This document shows positions 50,558-64,000 of a stretch of DNA of 64,000 bases, in pieces. The notes under the pieces are model-generated. The model had not been told where the DNA came from and made no database searches. It saw only the letters and a list, made by a program, of their open reading frames with translations. How positions within the stretch are numbered: position 1 is the first letter of the stretch; the number at the start of each line of letters is the position of its first letter. Location: NCBI GenBank assembly GCA_965645245.1, contig OZ287074.1, forward strand, positions 248,001 through 312,000, read 5' to 3'. Made by a program: the position numbers and the translations under genes. Source of the DNA: Massalongia carnosa (lineage: Eukaryota).

Positions 50558-53500
50558 CTACAGTTCATCCTCGGTCACCAGGCTATAACCTGGCTTCCCT
50601 GGCCTCACACGGGTCCTCATCTCTTCGGTCACAAACGTGGCTCCTTGTCTCGTGATGCCTAAGCCTGTCGCTCTCTTCTTCGCCTCCACCGACGCAAGAA
50701 TTGCCTTAGCCTTTTCCAGTTCCGTTTTATTTCCATGCGCCTTATGATACGCTCGCGCTGTTATTCGGCCAGAAGAAGGCGGGAGAGGATCTGGTGGCGC
50801 TTTACTACTGACATTTACGACAGGTGTAACGCGTCGGCCGTGAGAGTCGCTCAGGTAGTCGGAGGCTTCAGCATCTGTGTACAAGGTTAGTGGTGGCATC
50901 TCGACGGAACAGGCAGTTGGTTACCCGATGGATTTGTAGAAGGGCCGTCCCCAAACTCCCATGCATATTGACCAACATGCTTCCTCTCCATGTGCCTCTC
51001 CCATGCCTCCTCAGAAGCAAACTCAAGCGGCTCAAGTTCCTCGTCGTCATCTCTTTCATCCGTCGAGCCCTTAATCATACCGCAGTCTACCCACAGGCAA
51101 GGAAAGGGACCATCAGTGAACTCCTGGCGATGCTTACGGACGTGCTTCCGGAGCGTTTCAAGGTTGTGAAGCTCGTATGGACAGTTTTTCCACAGACATT
51201 TATATATCTTATGGCTTGGTGTGGATGGCTGCATGCTAGACTTTTCTCTCCTTTTTGACTCTTTAGAAACGCTCTTTTGCTTCTTCTCAACAACAGGAAT
51301 GCTTGAAGAACGCGGATTGATCACTATGGCAAATCCATCTGACGGCGTCATGGCGTTTCTAAGTCCGCTAGGCCTCAAAGGGACTGTATCCGAAGAGCGA
51401 GGGTGTGGAGGAATTGCTCTTTGGCTGCCCCTTGATCTCTCTGTATTAGGGCTGTTTTTGAAATTAAGAGGACGGCCTCTTCGCTTTTGCTGTGAGGCGC
51501 CTGGATTTGTTTCTTGAGGCGTAGCGCTGCTCTGAGCTGTCTCTTGAGGCAGAGAGGTGGTTTTTGCTACTTGTTGAAGCAGAGGGCCTGAATGAAAGCC
51601 TTTCCCATGTTGTTTTTCCCCCGAACCACGTGGACGGCCACGAGGAGAGTTGGACACTGAACCCAACGTAGCGATAGGTAGACTAGCCGTAGCAGTTCCA
51701 GGTTCAGGACTTCGGACAAAACTCATAGAGTTACCTTCAGCCACATCTTGCTGGACTGATTCTTCGTCGTTTTGATTAAAAAGTACAACTGTGCCTTGGT
51801 GGGGGTCCATGAGTGTAGAATTATCCAGAGGTTTCTGGCTACCATTGCGCTGGGCACCCTCTAACACCCTGCGGGATGGAAATCCCTTCATAGGCTGAGA
51901 AACATTGCTACCTAGTGGCAATATTAGCATGTTTATCCCAATCGCATCCCAGAATGTATTATCACCTAAGGTTACGACTCCTTCTGCCCCTTCAGCTGTG
52001 ACTGCCATTTGCATTCGTTGGCGATCATCAGCCCCAATATTAATATCTTCATCATCTGCATCATTCATATCAACGTCTAGAGCTGCTATATCACTCACAT
52101 CTGGGCCACCTGGATCTACAAGGTCCCATCGGAAGGTGCCAAGGTCAGAATGGTGATCGACATAAGCAAATCTTCGGCGAAGAATATCGAGATGATGGTT
52201 TAAAGGTGCCATTGTAGGATGTTTGCTTGAGGAGACGAGAATATCCCGAGCTATTGTCCTGGGATTATAGGTGGAACGGCGGAGAGCATCATTCCTCTTA
52301 TCCATTGGGCGGACAATGATACTTGATTGTAATAAATCCTGCTGCGATTGTCTGTACTTGAACTTCGACAAATCAAGGCCTTCATCCTCTGTAGTTGCCG
52401 ATGAGCTCAAGCCTAATCGGTCTTTAATTCCCAGTACGTTCTTAGGATATTTTTTCTTCTCGCGTAGGGCTGGATCGATGGTTTTGGCGGTTGGCCTATC
52501 AGAAACTGCACCTGGAGCGGACAACGAAGAGGTAGAACTTGCTACTGCATCATCTACACCGTGTATTACATTAAGCCGTGCTTTCAGCTGCTGAATCTTG
52601 TCGTCTTCGTCTGACAAGTCTTGAGTAAGATCGACAAGCTCAGCAAAGCTCTTCTTCTTTGCCATTTCCTTCTTGGACGGTTGGGTAGGAATTGCAGGTC
52701 CTGATTCATTCAAACGATACTGATTGAAATTTGCGTTTCCGCCTTCAGCCATCGCGACACCCTGCGGAGTCCAATTGACATATCTTAATCCAGGACCCTC
52801 GGTTGTGGTAACCGCGGATTTTGAAATCTCTGGAAATCCGCCTTAAGTTAGCTGTAGTTTAAACACACCAAATATTCATCATACCCGCAGGAACTAGCAT
52901 TCCAAACCGAACAATCGAACCGTTCCCATCTTTGATTGAGTCTCTTGACTTTCTTACTGGCCGTTTCTTCACATGACTCTTGTCAATAGCGGTTTGTGGC
53001 TTCCCTATATATTGAGATCAGAAAAAAAAGTTAAATAACAAAGTATTGCGGAAAGTATTGACAATGTACCTTCTCCATAAACACCCGTAGTTCTGCCCTG
53101 GCTATTGACAACGGGAGCTAAGCTGTTCTGACTGTTGACCGGAAAGGGTTTGGGATTGTATGGACTAGGTGGGGGATTAGGAACATTCACTGTGCTAGAT
53201 TGTTGCTCTTCCGAATTAGTTGTGTTTAAGCTTGGAACAGCAGAGAGCAATAGGCGAGCGAAATGTCCTCGATCAATGATGAAGCCTCTGCGCTCAAGTA
53301 TCTCGCAGAGTTCAGCGTAGCTGGGACTCTGATCGAGGAGCCTTACTATCTCTCCTACGGAAATATTCTTGCCTGCGTTCATCGAGGTAGATATCAGAGC
53401 GTCTTGTGCCGCGAACGCCAAGGACCATTTCTTATCCTGAGGCCAGATCGTTCCACTTGACGGTTTCTCGGCCAGGGGAGCGGCCTTTGTTGGTTGGGAA

Positions 53501-55737
53501 GCGAGGAGTTCTGGACCTCTTACATACATTTCTTGCGAAGAGGGTCCAGCCTTGGGGTCGGCGTGCTTGCCGGGGCTCATGCTTCGATTGAAGGACTTTA
53601 TAGCTGTTTCCATGGACTGAGCCCCAGGAGCCGGAACCAAGGATTCATTTGTAGAGGTAATAACAGCTGGGCCTGCTGACGATGGATAAACCATAGGAGT
53701 CGCAACAGGCGTCACATTGTTATGGTCCAGTGTTTCACGGCGCGCTAAAGCTCTATTAGCAGGCTCTTTGTTGCTTTTCCGTCTACGCCGCAATGCAGGA
53801 TATTTCCCACGATCAAACTCGTTTCCAGGTAGTAGCTGTATAGAAAAGTCCGGCTCCAAAGGTAGTTGACTGTTTGTTGGATTAGGACTCGGTAGCTGAC
53901 CATTACCATTGGCCAGAGAGGTGATATTTCCTTTATTTTCCTCAACGTTCAAGGCATCTTTGACTGGGACTCGATTTGGGGGTTGTTCCTATTGAGCCAT
54001 CAGCTAAAATCCAAGATGGAAAGAGAAAACATAAAGATAAATCTAAAGAATTCAAATCAATGCAGCAAAAATTTACAGAAGAGGAATAGGGCATTCGACA
54101 AAGAACCCCATCACGAAATCTGATTATTTTTTAGGTTAATGCATCCTCAACTTAAATGCATGAAATCTCCAAGGTGATCAATAATTAATATTCATTTTAA
54201 TTCTCACCTTTTTCACTTGCTCCCAAATCTGCGAGAACAAAGTGGGGTCTTTGGCCTTATAGTCCCGCATTTTCTCGATCATTTGCTTCATCTCCGATTC
54301 CATCTGGTTTTTGGTGGCTGAATCCGAATCTGCGGGAGTCCCATTGACAGAGGTTTTGATTGCCATGTTCTTCGCTGTAGCCTCTTCTGTCGCCTTTTGA
54401 GCCTTTTCAGCTTTTGCGGCGGCAGCAGCAGCAGCCCTTTCAGCGGCCCGTTGTTTTTCAAAATTGGCATTGTCGAATATTTGATAGGGGTCAACGGTGG
54501 CGGGATAGTGCCTTTCGGGTTGTGGGGATTTCTCGTGGATGTTTCCACTTGCCCTATTGTCTAAAGCAGACGATCGAATATCAAAACGCGATCGGTCTTC
54601 CCGATGTGTATCTCCTGGCGTATTTTTTTGAATGTTTTGAGTGTTTTGAGCAGAGCCTAGGGCTGTGTTCGCTGTGGTTTGCTTCGTCTGCCTGAACTTG
54701 TTACTTGAAACCTTCTCCATGTTTCTAGAGTTCAAGGTTACAGGGGTTGGGATAACTTCGTATTGTTGAGCAGCTGGCGTTTGGTGCCAACTTTGTGAAT
54801 TAGAGGACGGTTGCGGTCGCGGTTGCTGCTGGGAGTATTCCCAAGCCTGAGCGCCATTGTTCATAGCTTCATTTGATACAGGCAGTGAATAGTTCGAGGA
54901 TGGAAGTATGCCTGGTGAATTGGTTCCCCGGGAGCTAAATCTCGCACGGGAAGCATAAACACCTTGACCGCTAGCTGGTCTGGGTGGATTGCTATACTGT
55001 AGAGCTGACGAGTTTGAAGCTCCTTGGTTAGGACCAGACGTTGGCTGAGGAAACCTGGAACTTTCATGACTTGAAACGTATTGCTGTGGCTGACGGCTAC
55101 CATGTGCATCTTGAGCGTATGTTGAATATGATGACCCATAAGAACTCTGGATTTCTGTAGGCCTAGCCTCGTCCCTTGTATTGACTGCTCCACGGCTGTC
55201 CGATCGGCGTAGATCATATCCATTTATCGAAACAGCAGTCATTCCATACACCGGGGACCCACTATAGTTACTGTTATTCCCAGAACGGTTATAGTCGACA
55301 ATATGCTGCATCATCGATCCATCCCTTGCAGCTGCAGCATGTGACCGAGAGTTTTGCCCAAGGCTTGACGCATATGCAAGATTACCCAATGCTGTAGTAT
55401 CAATTGAAGATCGTGAGTTGCTAGGATAATGACTCATCATAGTTGCGGTGCCATGGCCATGTGGCCTACCTCTTGCAATGTGATAACCTCTGCTACTTGT
55501 ATCTGACACCTCTACAGGTCTTGACATTGAATAGACAGTTGAGGATCGCTCAGCGGAGGTCTGAGCAGAGATGGACTGCTCCGATGCCGCGTTCGTATTC
55601 ATGGAAGAATATTTTTGCCGCTGATAACCGCCACTACTCGTACCAGCTGTGTCTTGGTAAGGTGGATGACTTCGTCCATCTTGCTCGGCACCAGATTGGA
55701 AGTGCGGTGAAAGATTGTTATAATCGTTGTATGACAT
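50558..55737 (-). CDS. Large conserved hypothetical protein, low-complexity N-terminus and C-terminal C2H2-like fingers (multi-exon)
   Basis: Consecutive long minus-strand ORFs with GT-AG junctions; DPTLFSQIWEQVKK, YNPRTIARDIL, YKCLWKNCPYELHNLETLRKHV. Confidence 0.8.
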
Positions 55738-56180
55738 ATCTAGCTCATACCGCAACACGACGACGCTGTGTTGCTCTAGCACTTGGTCTAAATTATTGTT
55801 GTCAAATTATGCTGAAAATGTAAAAATGGGTCAAGTTACCTGAAAACCTAAGCCGCGCCAATTTAATGAAGGTAAAGGTAAGGTGAGATTAGCGCGGAGA
55901 GCATATGTATCACACTTAGTACACCATCTGAGCTTTCCAGGAAGCAATCACGAAAGGCGCGTCCGGAAGATTCGACGAGTTACTTCAAATAACTGGAGCA
56001 CAGGTGGATCAAGCTAAGTTAACCCAGGTTGTATCAAGAGCCAATCAATCACTATATCGCCTACGTAACCACATATAGTCTAGCGTCGATATCTTCCGCA
56101 CACAACTTTAAAGATCTACCTTTGGGAAAGATATTGGTCGACAAAAACAATACACTGACCTTGCTGCGCTCATCGTCAAA

Positions 56181-56719
56181 ATGACGAAAATCAATACTTG
56201 TAAGACTTTTTGGTCGAATAGCAGAGGCATAGTTACTAATAAGTGCCTGAATTCAGCCCTCCACTCCTCCCGAAGGAAGGCGCGAAAAGCGCACTTCAGC
56301 GCACCGTCCAGTGTCCGCCGAGTGATCATGAGCGCACCCTTGAACAAAGAACTGAGAGACAAGCACAATGTGAGTACCTACGTCTATGCTTCGTTATCGT
56401 TCATGTTTTAATTCTGCTAACCTACCCAATCTCCCCACAGGTCCGCTCCATCCCTATCCGCAAAGACGACGAAGTCCTCGTCACACGAGGCAAGAACAAA
56501 GGTCGGGAAGGCAAGATTATTTCTGTTTACCGTCTCAAATATATCGTCCACATCGAGCGTCTCGTGCGTGAAAAGACAGACGGGCATCCGGTACAACTGG
56601 CTGTTCATCCGTCGAAAGTAGTCATCACGAAACTGAAGCTGGACAAGGACAGGGAGAGTATTTTGGAGCGGATAGCTAAAGGGCGGGAAGAGAAGGCGAA
56701 AGGGAAGAAGACGGGTTGA
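56181..56719 (+). CDS. RPL26: 60S ribosomal protein L26 (uL24), 3 exons
   Basis: [54 protein letters not shown]. Confidence 0.96.
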
Positions 56720-57886
56720 GGATAAAGGCATTGTTCTAGGGGGGGCAAGGCTAGGGGCTTTTGCGGCTTGTTTAGGCAGCTAGAAATCCTCAAAACTCTT
56801 CAGCGGAAAGAAAACTCCCGCAACTTCCTATACCTTACGTTTGAGCAGAGTCTAGTGTCTAGCATTTCTACCTTTTTTTTCCGTCCTCATCCCAGCGGGT
56901 GTGGAAGCGCCAGTATTATCTCCTTGCCAACCTCCCCCAAATCTTTCGAGAAGCGGACGGAACTCCTCTCAATGGTTGTCGAGGTATACGGCTCGCGCAG
57001 ATGAAACAATCAGCCCTAGCTTTTTCATCGAAAATGCTTGGGATGACCTCGCCTGCAGATTTTCTCTGAGGCCTTCCAGTCGATGAAGGAGAGGATTTGA
57101 TGGTGAGGGACATCGCCTCCAGATATATTTTAATTAGGTCTCGTTACCAGTTTTGGCTTCATTGCCTCGCCGTGCGAACTTTTGTCCTGCTATTAAAAGT
57201 TCGTGATTACATACCCTAAGAGTGCGATCCTCCTGCTGCTTGGTATCCAATTCCAACTACGGTAACAGAAGATATAAGATCATCTCAAACCCAATCAAAA
57301 ACTCGTGTCTCTCTTCTCTAAGATGTCCCGAGTAGAACCACGAAAATGTCTCTCAGTTAGCTAAAATTTCAAGTTGATAAAGATAAATGAGTGGCTACCA
57401 ATCTATGAACCTATCATTGCTACCCCACAAGGACGAAATCACAATTTACCTCCAAGTGCTAATAAGGTTACCTCCGTAAGAGTACTTGTAGTCCTTTGAA
57501 TATAATAAGTTTACTTTCCATTCCGTCATGCTGAAACCTCCCCCCCCCCTAAAAAAAGATCCAGCTGCGTGTACTTCGACTTCGAAGCGTATCAATTAAT
57601 ATTTCGTATTGATGGCTACTTCTGAGTAGCGCCTAAGAGGCTTGGCGTTGAGTTGGTGCTATTTACAGGGTTGGCCTTGTTTTCAACCTGTTCCTTGCTA
57701 TTGAAGCAGTCAGATCGTTGAAGCATGAAAGGGGCGAGAGTTAGGGGTTGCGAAACGAACCAAGTGACTCTACCATAAAGGAGCTACATGAAGCTGGAGC
57801 GGCTTTGGCGATGCTAGTATCGCTGATAGAATGTCGGTTTTTGGTTTTAGACTATATGATAATGAGCGATCCCAAGGTTGATATTC

Positions 57887-58216
57887 TTATTGACTCAATA
57901 TTGGCTTTGGAGCCAGGATTCTGTTTTGTTTCAAACGTACGAAGAAACGAACCCTATCATGCTGGGCCCTGCTGCCAGCTGTAGACTGCTTGCGGGGGAA
58001 CCGTCCTTTAGCCTTAAAAACTTGTTAGCTGAGCGGTAAAACATAAATGTTGATTAGTTTGACGGTAGGATGAAGAAAAGGAAAAGTTACAATGCAATCG
58101 TTACAATAACTTCCTTGAACCTTGACAAAATTTTCGCATTTGTGAGTCCCCAAGTAATTGGCACAATGAAATTGGGGGTATTCAGGTGGCTTGTTGTCTG
58201 AGGTTTCAACTTCCAT
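57887..58216 (-). CDS. Small hypothetical protein with 4-Cys motif
   Basis: MEVETS...FHCANYLGTHKCENFVKVQGSYCNDCI, followed by a plausible intron (GTAACT...CTAAC...AAG) ending at 58013. Confidence 0.4.
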
Positions 58217-61194
58217 GGTTATTATTAAAACCCCTCCAACAGAGATGACTTTCGTGGGAAAGAGTAGTGTAAAAAAAGAGAAGACTGAGCTTTGCGAGTT
58301 GGTAGCGGCAAAGGTTGAATGAGCAAGGAAGGGGGTTAGCAAACACAAGACAATGAGGGAGAAAACATGCATTAAATACTGGAGCAGCCAACCTTCCCCT
58401 TTACTGATAGCAGTTCCTCCTCGCCATTTCAAAACATGGGCATCATCTATCAGAATCTTTGGCCAGCCCGCGGTGTAGAGTGACGTTCCAATCATCATGT
58501 CTCATCCTCCTCAACTTTCTCAAATCGCATCGTCCTGGGATAGATTTCGCATTCCACGCAATCCACAGCCTGGCTGTGCCCCTTTGTATGATATGGATGT
58601 GATGGGCCTGACAGCCGGAGCCTTTAGATCCTTGCTACATGGCTCCAACCTAGATCAGCTTGTCGCCAAAATCGAACTCTTTAGGGCATAGAGATTAATA
58701 GGCGCGCAGTGCCGCATGTATGAAGGCATTAGATCGAAGATCTAACCGTAACTCGCTGCCTTGCAAGTTTTCCTCTACTTATTTGATCGCGGAAGTGACG
58801 GGATTCAGGTAAGTATGAGCATCTTATAGGTCGAGGCCTGCGTGTGATGCGATTGCGATTGACACTTGAGCGCCAGAGACGCATCCGCCAAGCGGAGAAC
58901 TTTCAGCCAGTGTCCGAGCGCACTCAGCGATAATTGAAGGATGAAATCCTTGTGCGATGGAACAGTCCCACCCAATAAACAACATGGTAAGGAAAACAAG
59001 GAAAACAACACGAAGGATGGGCGATGCCATGCCAAGAACGAGCTTTGTGGAAATCACTTTACAGAACTGTCAATCATGTGTAATAACACTGCTTCAACGC
59101 AGGTGGGAGAAAAACAGCAGAATGATACACCATCCACGAGATATTCTTAGGCTTCAAAGCGAGCAGCATCCAAGACCGTTCTCTTCCCTTAGTAGGCCTA
59201 AGAACAAGTAAGACTGCTCATTATTGATCCTGGACCGGTGAACAGCGCAAAGGAAGCTTCTGTGAGGAGGAACAGAGATATACAGGTCAGGAGTAAGCAA
59301 GTGGCCAGGGAGGAAGTGCAGCCGGAGCCAATGTCAGAAGCGCCAACGTGGATGAGAAAATGCTTGATAGGGAAGGTATAAGAGAGGAACCAGAATACAG
59401 CCAATCAGAGCAAGGCTCGGCTAACCCTTTCAAGGGAGACGTGATAACCGCGGTTATTTGCATGGTTGTGGGTGCTGATCCGATTTGTGCAAGGATTCGG
59501 AGGATCATACACCGTTACTCCGTCCACACACCACATGACTAAATTACCTAACATTAACTGTGGCTTTGACTCGTGATTCAAGTCTGTGGTTGCGCATACC
59601 GGTTGAAAGAGGGTTTCTCCTTTCCTCGTCGAACTAGTTCCCTAGAGGATGGTGTTTTCCCGCATAAACTTCCGTTTACGATTTGACTGAGATAACCAAC
59701 AATGCGGACATAAAAGAATCATGGTCGAGGAGACAGCGTTAGTAAATTAGGTTGGAAAGCCTTCCCATGATCGAGCAAGCTATCATCATTTGACCAACTA
59801 CGTATCCGACTCTCCGCCCTGCTGGATGGTGTGAAGATAAGAATGCCATTGAGTTGAAGCCTCTCACGATAGGTTCATCTTCATGTGTCAGAATATCGCC
59901 GCGCTTTAGGCGACTCCCTTCGAAACTGATAACAGAATATGGCGGATGTCTGTATCAGCTGGATCTTTCCTGGAACCAGCATGACGGGCACAGACTCAAG
60001 GAGGAAGCCCTGCAGCGAGTTAGCTCCATAGGGTCCGACGCCTCCTGCTTCATCTGATAGAGGCTTGGATGCTTATTTTGACAGAAAGATGGGCAGAACG
60101 ATTCAACAGCCATCTCGAGTGGCGACCATCGGCTCTATGCTGGACGAAGGTATGGGAAGACGAGGCCAGAAAGCGCAACATAAGCCGTTGAAGTACTTGG
60201 TATCAATACCTCCCCTCCAGCAGCATGAGTCTTGATATCATCGATTAAACACTATACCGCAGTTGATGAAGCAAAAAGACCGAGGCGAAAAGTATCAAAT
60301 ATTCGATTATTAGGATCAAATGGATCGCATGTACAGGGTAGGCTGCAAGGTACGGTGATGTGCTGTCATTCAATGGCAGGAATCATAATCAATGTGGCAA
60401 GCCTGACGAGCGGGGGTTGACCGCAAGGCGGCGAGACTTGAACCAAATATCTATGGATGTTTCGCTCTTCGGAGGAGTGTGGGAGAGGCACCGATGATAT
60501 ATCTAAAAGACCTTGAGGTAACCTCGGTCCAAAGAACAATTCAGCATCCCATTGATTGTACCCCTATCGCCATGGTTCGTTGCTGTCGGTTAACCTTTAA
60601 GAGACTCTTCGAGACGGAGACAAACGATTGAAGATCGGAGCAACTGCCAGATGCGATCAAGTCCTCCAACGACACTGAAAGAAACCCATACGGGGATTGA
60701 TTCTGAGAGATATGAATATTTTTTCTGTGTGTATGGAATAGAGCTACGATACCGATGCTTTCGCTTTCCCTCCGATCGCCGTTTTCTTACCGCTTATAAT
60801 TTCCCCGCAGAGGCCATCAACTAACGGCCTTGCTCGGTGTCCTCGGGTTTTCTTCCGCACCTCTTCTCCTATCTTTATCTGTTTGATCATGCCCTATACC
60901 GGGACTGGATACGGAGGTAAAAACCAGGGCAAGGGCTTTCGGTACCTCCTTTCGACAGGTGACTGAGGTGGCTGGGGTATCACGGTACATACCTTACGTG
61001 CTTACCTGCTTGGCCTCGTTTTCTTCCCTAAAACTACGGTACAAGGTACAAGGTATTCTGTACGCGAACATGAATTAGGCTAGAAGGCAAACTAAATCCC
61101 TTCAAGAACCAACAAAACCGTCAGCAGGTGTAACTCCCACATGATACAGAGTACATGACTGAGAGTTGCTTCGAATGCATCTGACCAACCAACC

Positions 61195-61273
61195 AAGCCC
61201 AAACCTAAGCCAAACCCCAAGCCAAACCCCAAGCCAAACCCCAAGCCAAACCCTAAGCCAAACCCAAGCCAAC
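61195..61273. repeat. ~12-bp tandem repeat (AAGCCAAACCCC), about 6 copies
   Basis: Directly visible upstream of the Zn2Cys6 gene. Confidence 0.85.
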
Positions 61274-61906
61274 TATCTGAACCCCCATCGTTCTATGCAC
61301 CTTCTAACGCATTTCCTCTTTGCGTAACCTTTATAGCCGTTGGCCATGGCGATCATCCATCTCCCTTGGTGATCCTCATCGGCTCTCCCCGTCACCCCCC
61401 CCGTATCCCGCATTTCAGGGAATCATTTTCGCGAAACTGGAGAATGAGCAAAGTGAGGGGGTCCACCCAGCTTACACTCGCTACGGCCACCTCTCACCCG
61501 CATCGAACCCCATTTAGCATTCATGCACCTTACCATCTTATCTGCAACCCTTCATCATGGATTCGTCGTCCAATGACCTCCGTCTGCCATTCTGCCCGTC
61601 ATTGCGCAGCGATTGGGTCGACTCGTTATCGCACTTCTCGGTCTCTGGACCATTGACTGCGAATACACGGTGTGGGTCGATGATGCCCTGGCGAAAGAAA
61701 TGTCATATGGACCCCCCTTCTTCTGTTTCTTCTAGAAGGCCATTCGTGGAATGTACGGCAACCGCCACCCCCGTCACTCACTTCGCCATAATTGCTTCAT
61801 CCAACCGCTTGCAATCCGTCGTTCTCCAGCACGCGCTTAGCTTTTGGCCTTGCTTTCCCCTACGAGCGAAGTAAACATACAAAGCATCACATCTTCGCCT
61901 TTAAAG

Positions 61907-64000
61907 ATGACCAAAACCGAGGCCCAAGCAAAAAAGCTTGAAGGAGCTCATGAACAGCCACCAAGCTCAACTCGCAAGCGTCGCAGACGAGCACCTGCAA
62001 CGGGTGCGGCCGATGATTGTTTTACATGCCAGGAGCTTCGGAGGAAATGCGACAGGAAGCGTCCGTATTGTACGCAATGCCTAGATCATGGCAAAGACTG
62101 TTCGGGATACAAGACGGCTCTGACCTGGAATGTTGGAGTAGCCAGCAGAGGAAAACTGCGAGGATTATCTTTACCCATAGCTAAGTCGAAGAAAGTGGAG
62201 CAAGACCCCGAGCAAAAATCTACCAAGAAGAAAAGCGCTTCCAGTGAAACGACCCAACCTAGCTCCTCGCGCCGCAGCTCACAACTCGCCCCCACTAGCC
62301 AGCCTTTCAACGCCATGGACGAGGTTGGCACTACCAGGTACAGTTTTATCACCGTAGATCCTCACTCGTCGACGACCTCACCAATGTTACCTCCCCCAAA
62401 CCTTGTGTGGCCCTCACCTTTCCCTCACTCCCCTCACAGAAGTGAAGCACGCCTCCAAAAGCGTGTCAGACGCCACTCACTCCGACCACTTCGAGTGCCC
62501 GCATATCATGCTGTGCGAAGTTTCGAGGGGTTACCAATGTCGGCGCATGCCTTGGGCGGTTATACCAACCATGAATTTGAGGGTTCTGTTGAATGCTCGC
62601 CCACAGTCTCATCATTTGCGGGATTTGAGCCAACCTACAAGGACTGCGCTGCGACCGCCATCCTTTCCAATCCTTTCGAAAGTTACTTCTTCGATGGACA
62701 TGAGACGGTTGGATGGCCAAGAGATAACATGAGTTCAAGCTTTAGTTCGGGCCGGAGCAGTGGTGACTACCCTGACGACGAGACATTTTATGCAGATCCT
62801 ATTGTTGCAAGTACCTTGGATGATATTTTATCTACACAGCATGCCCTAAACCATCACGATCTGGTTATTGATGGGTTTGGAGGAAGCACCGATGACACAG
62901 ACAACGTCAAGTTTCGCATCCAGGGACCATCGTCAAGCTTGGTCACTGATGACTGTGGAGCTCACCCAAGGTTGAACTTTCCCAGGTCCCTTCCGTCTGT
63001 CGTTGCTGGAAAAACGTCTAGCCTACAAGGACTGATCGATTACTACGACAAGGTCATCTCTCCCGTTATTGTTGCATTCGATAGCCCCTCAACCCATTAT
63101 CGATCTCACATTTTACGGTTAGCTGTAGAAAGCGAGACCCTCCAGCATGCCATTGCTGCTTTATCCGCCAACAATATAAGGCAGAGGAGAGCTTGCCACA
63201 CGCCATCCAGCAACAGAAGCAGAACGGGTATGGCGACGTCTCCACACGGTCGCTCTATCAGAAGATCTTCCATGGCTTATACAGTGATCAATACCGGTCT
63301 GGGTCACTTTTCGCAAGTAAACCCCGAAGAACCTTCGGTAGAGGAACTTTACCATAAAGGAGCTTCTATAAAAAGTTTGAACGAAGAACTTGCGGACCCT
63401 TCAAGGCGAATGGATGATTCCATCCTTGCGACCCTTCTAATCCTCTGTCTTTACCATGTCTCTGATACCGGCGTGGCAAAATTCAAGACCCGATTTTTAG
63501 GGGTGAAGAAGATCCTTTCCTTTCGGGGCTGCATGTCAGGAACTATTTCCAAGGCGACAACATGGCTCACCATTTTGTTTACCTGGTTTGATGAGCTGAC
63601 AGCGACGATGAATAGCCGAGATGGACCCCTTCGAAGTAACGATATCAACATGAGTATCGGCGACGGCGACGTATGGGCTTTGAAGAACCTTGTAGGTTGC
63701 GATGCTCAGCTCTTTCAAATTCTTTCTAAGCTAGGGCGCCTCAACCTTCTCAACCAAAACAGACCTGTGCAAGACGCATTCTCCGGGGCGCCAAACGCCA
63801 AGATTGGCCCTCTGTCAATTCCTACTCCAAAGACCCAAGACTACTACAGCATGAACTACCAACGCTTCGATGGAAACGGATGGTCTAACCTTCACGATCT
63901 TGAAGTGGCTTTGGATGAAACCGAGACACCCGCGCAGTTTTGGACGGAATGGAGTGACATTCGCAAAAAGCTTCGGGACTGGCAGCTTCCAACGCCCATG
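61907..64000 (+). CDS. Zn(II)2Cys6 transcription factor with Fungal_trans_2-type domain (Acr-2-like), 3' end outside the window
   Basis: CFTCQELRRKCDRKRPYCTQCLDHGKDCSGY followed by LTWNVGVASRGKLRG. Absent from the ORF track, consistent with no stop before the window end. Confidence 0.88.
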   Translation, partial: MTKTEAQAKKLEGAHEQPPSSTRKRRRRAPATGAADDCFTCQELRRKCDRKRPYCTQCLDHGKDCSGYKTALTWNVGVASRGKLRGLSLPIAKSKKVEQDPEQKSTKKKSASSETTQPSSSRRSSQLAPTSQPFNAMDEVGTTRYSFITVDPHSSTTSPMLPPPNLVWPSPFPHSPHRSEARLQKRVRRHSLRPLRVPAYHAVRSFEGLPMSAHALGGYTNHEFEGSVECSPTVSSFAGFEPTYKDCAATAILSNPFESYFFDGHETVGWPRDNMSSSFSSGRSSGDYPDDETFYADPIVASTLDDILSTQHALNHHDLVIDGFGGSTDDTDNVKFRIQGPSSSLVTDDCGAHPRLNFPRSLPSVVAGKTSSLQGLIDYYDKVISPVIVAFDSPSTHYRSHILRLAVESETLQHAIAALSANNIRQRRACHTPSSNRSRTGMATSPHGRSIRRSSMAYTVINTGLGHFSQVNPEEPSVEELYHKGASIKSLNEELADPSRRMDDSILATLLILCLYHVSDTGVAKFKTRFLGVKKILSFRGCMSGTISKATTWLTILFTWFDELTATMNSRDGPLRSNDINMSIGDGDVWALKNLVGCDAQLFQILSKLGRLNLLNQNRPVQDAFSGAPNAKIGPLSIPTPKTQDYYSMNYQRFDGNGWSNLHDLEVALDETETPAQFWTEWSDIRKKLRDWQLPTPM

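Noticed and set aside
61195..61273. Interstitial telomere
   Set aside because: Only one CCCTAA; the unit is a 12-mer.

Overview
Eukaryotic DNA from a filamentous ascomycete (Pezizomycotina-type genes with short GT-AG introns and CTAAC-like branch points). The window has two compartments. About 1-41 kb is an accessory, transposon-rich region. It holds a MULE transposase split by a pogo-like element, and a 5'-truncated Tad1-like LINE (14-bp TSD) carrying two nested insertions: a second LINE family (15-bp TSD) and an intact DD37E Tc1-like element with ~100-bp TIRs, CAC termini and a non-TA 5-bp TSD. It also holds several orphan secreted or membrane genes and a C2H2 zinc finger plus highly conserved ankyrin repeat gene. 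That gene is disrupted by a 4.1-kb composite retro-insertion (12-bp TSD): a 1.9-kb non-coding module with tandem repeats and four covarying 43-nt structured motifs, fused to a LINE 3' half that contains a solo LTR. About 41.9-64 kb is a gene-dense core region: PRMT5/Skb1, PRP43, OST4, TMA46, a large conserved hypothetical protein, RPL26 and a Zn2Cys6 transcription factor running off the window end. All calls are by eye from sequence motifs; no searches were run.
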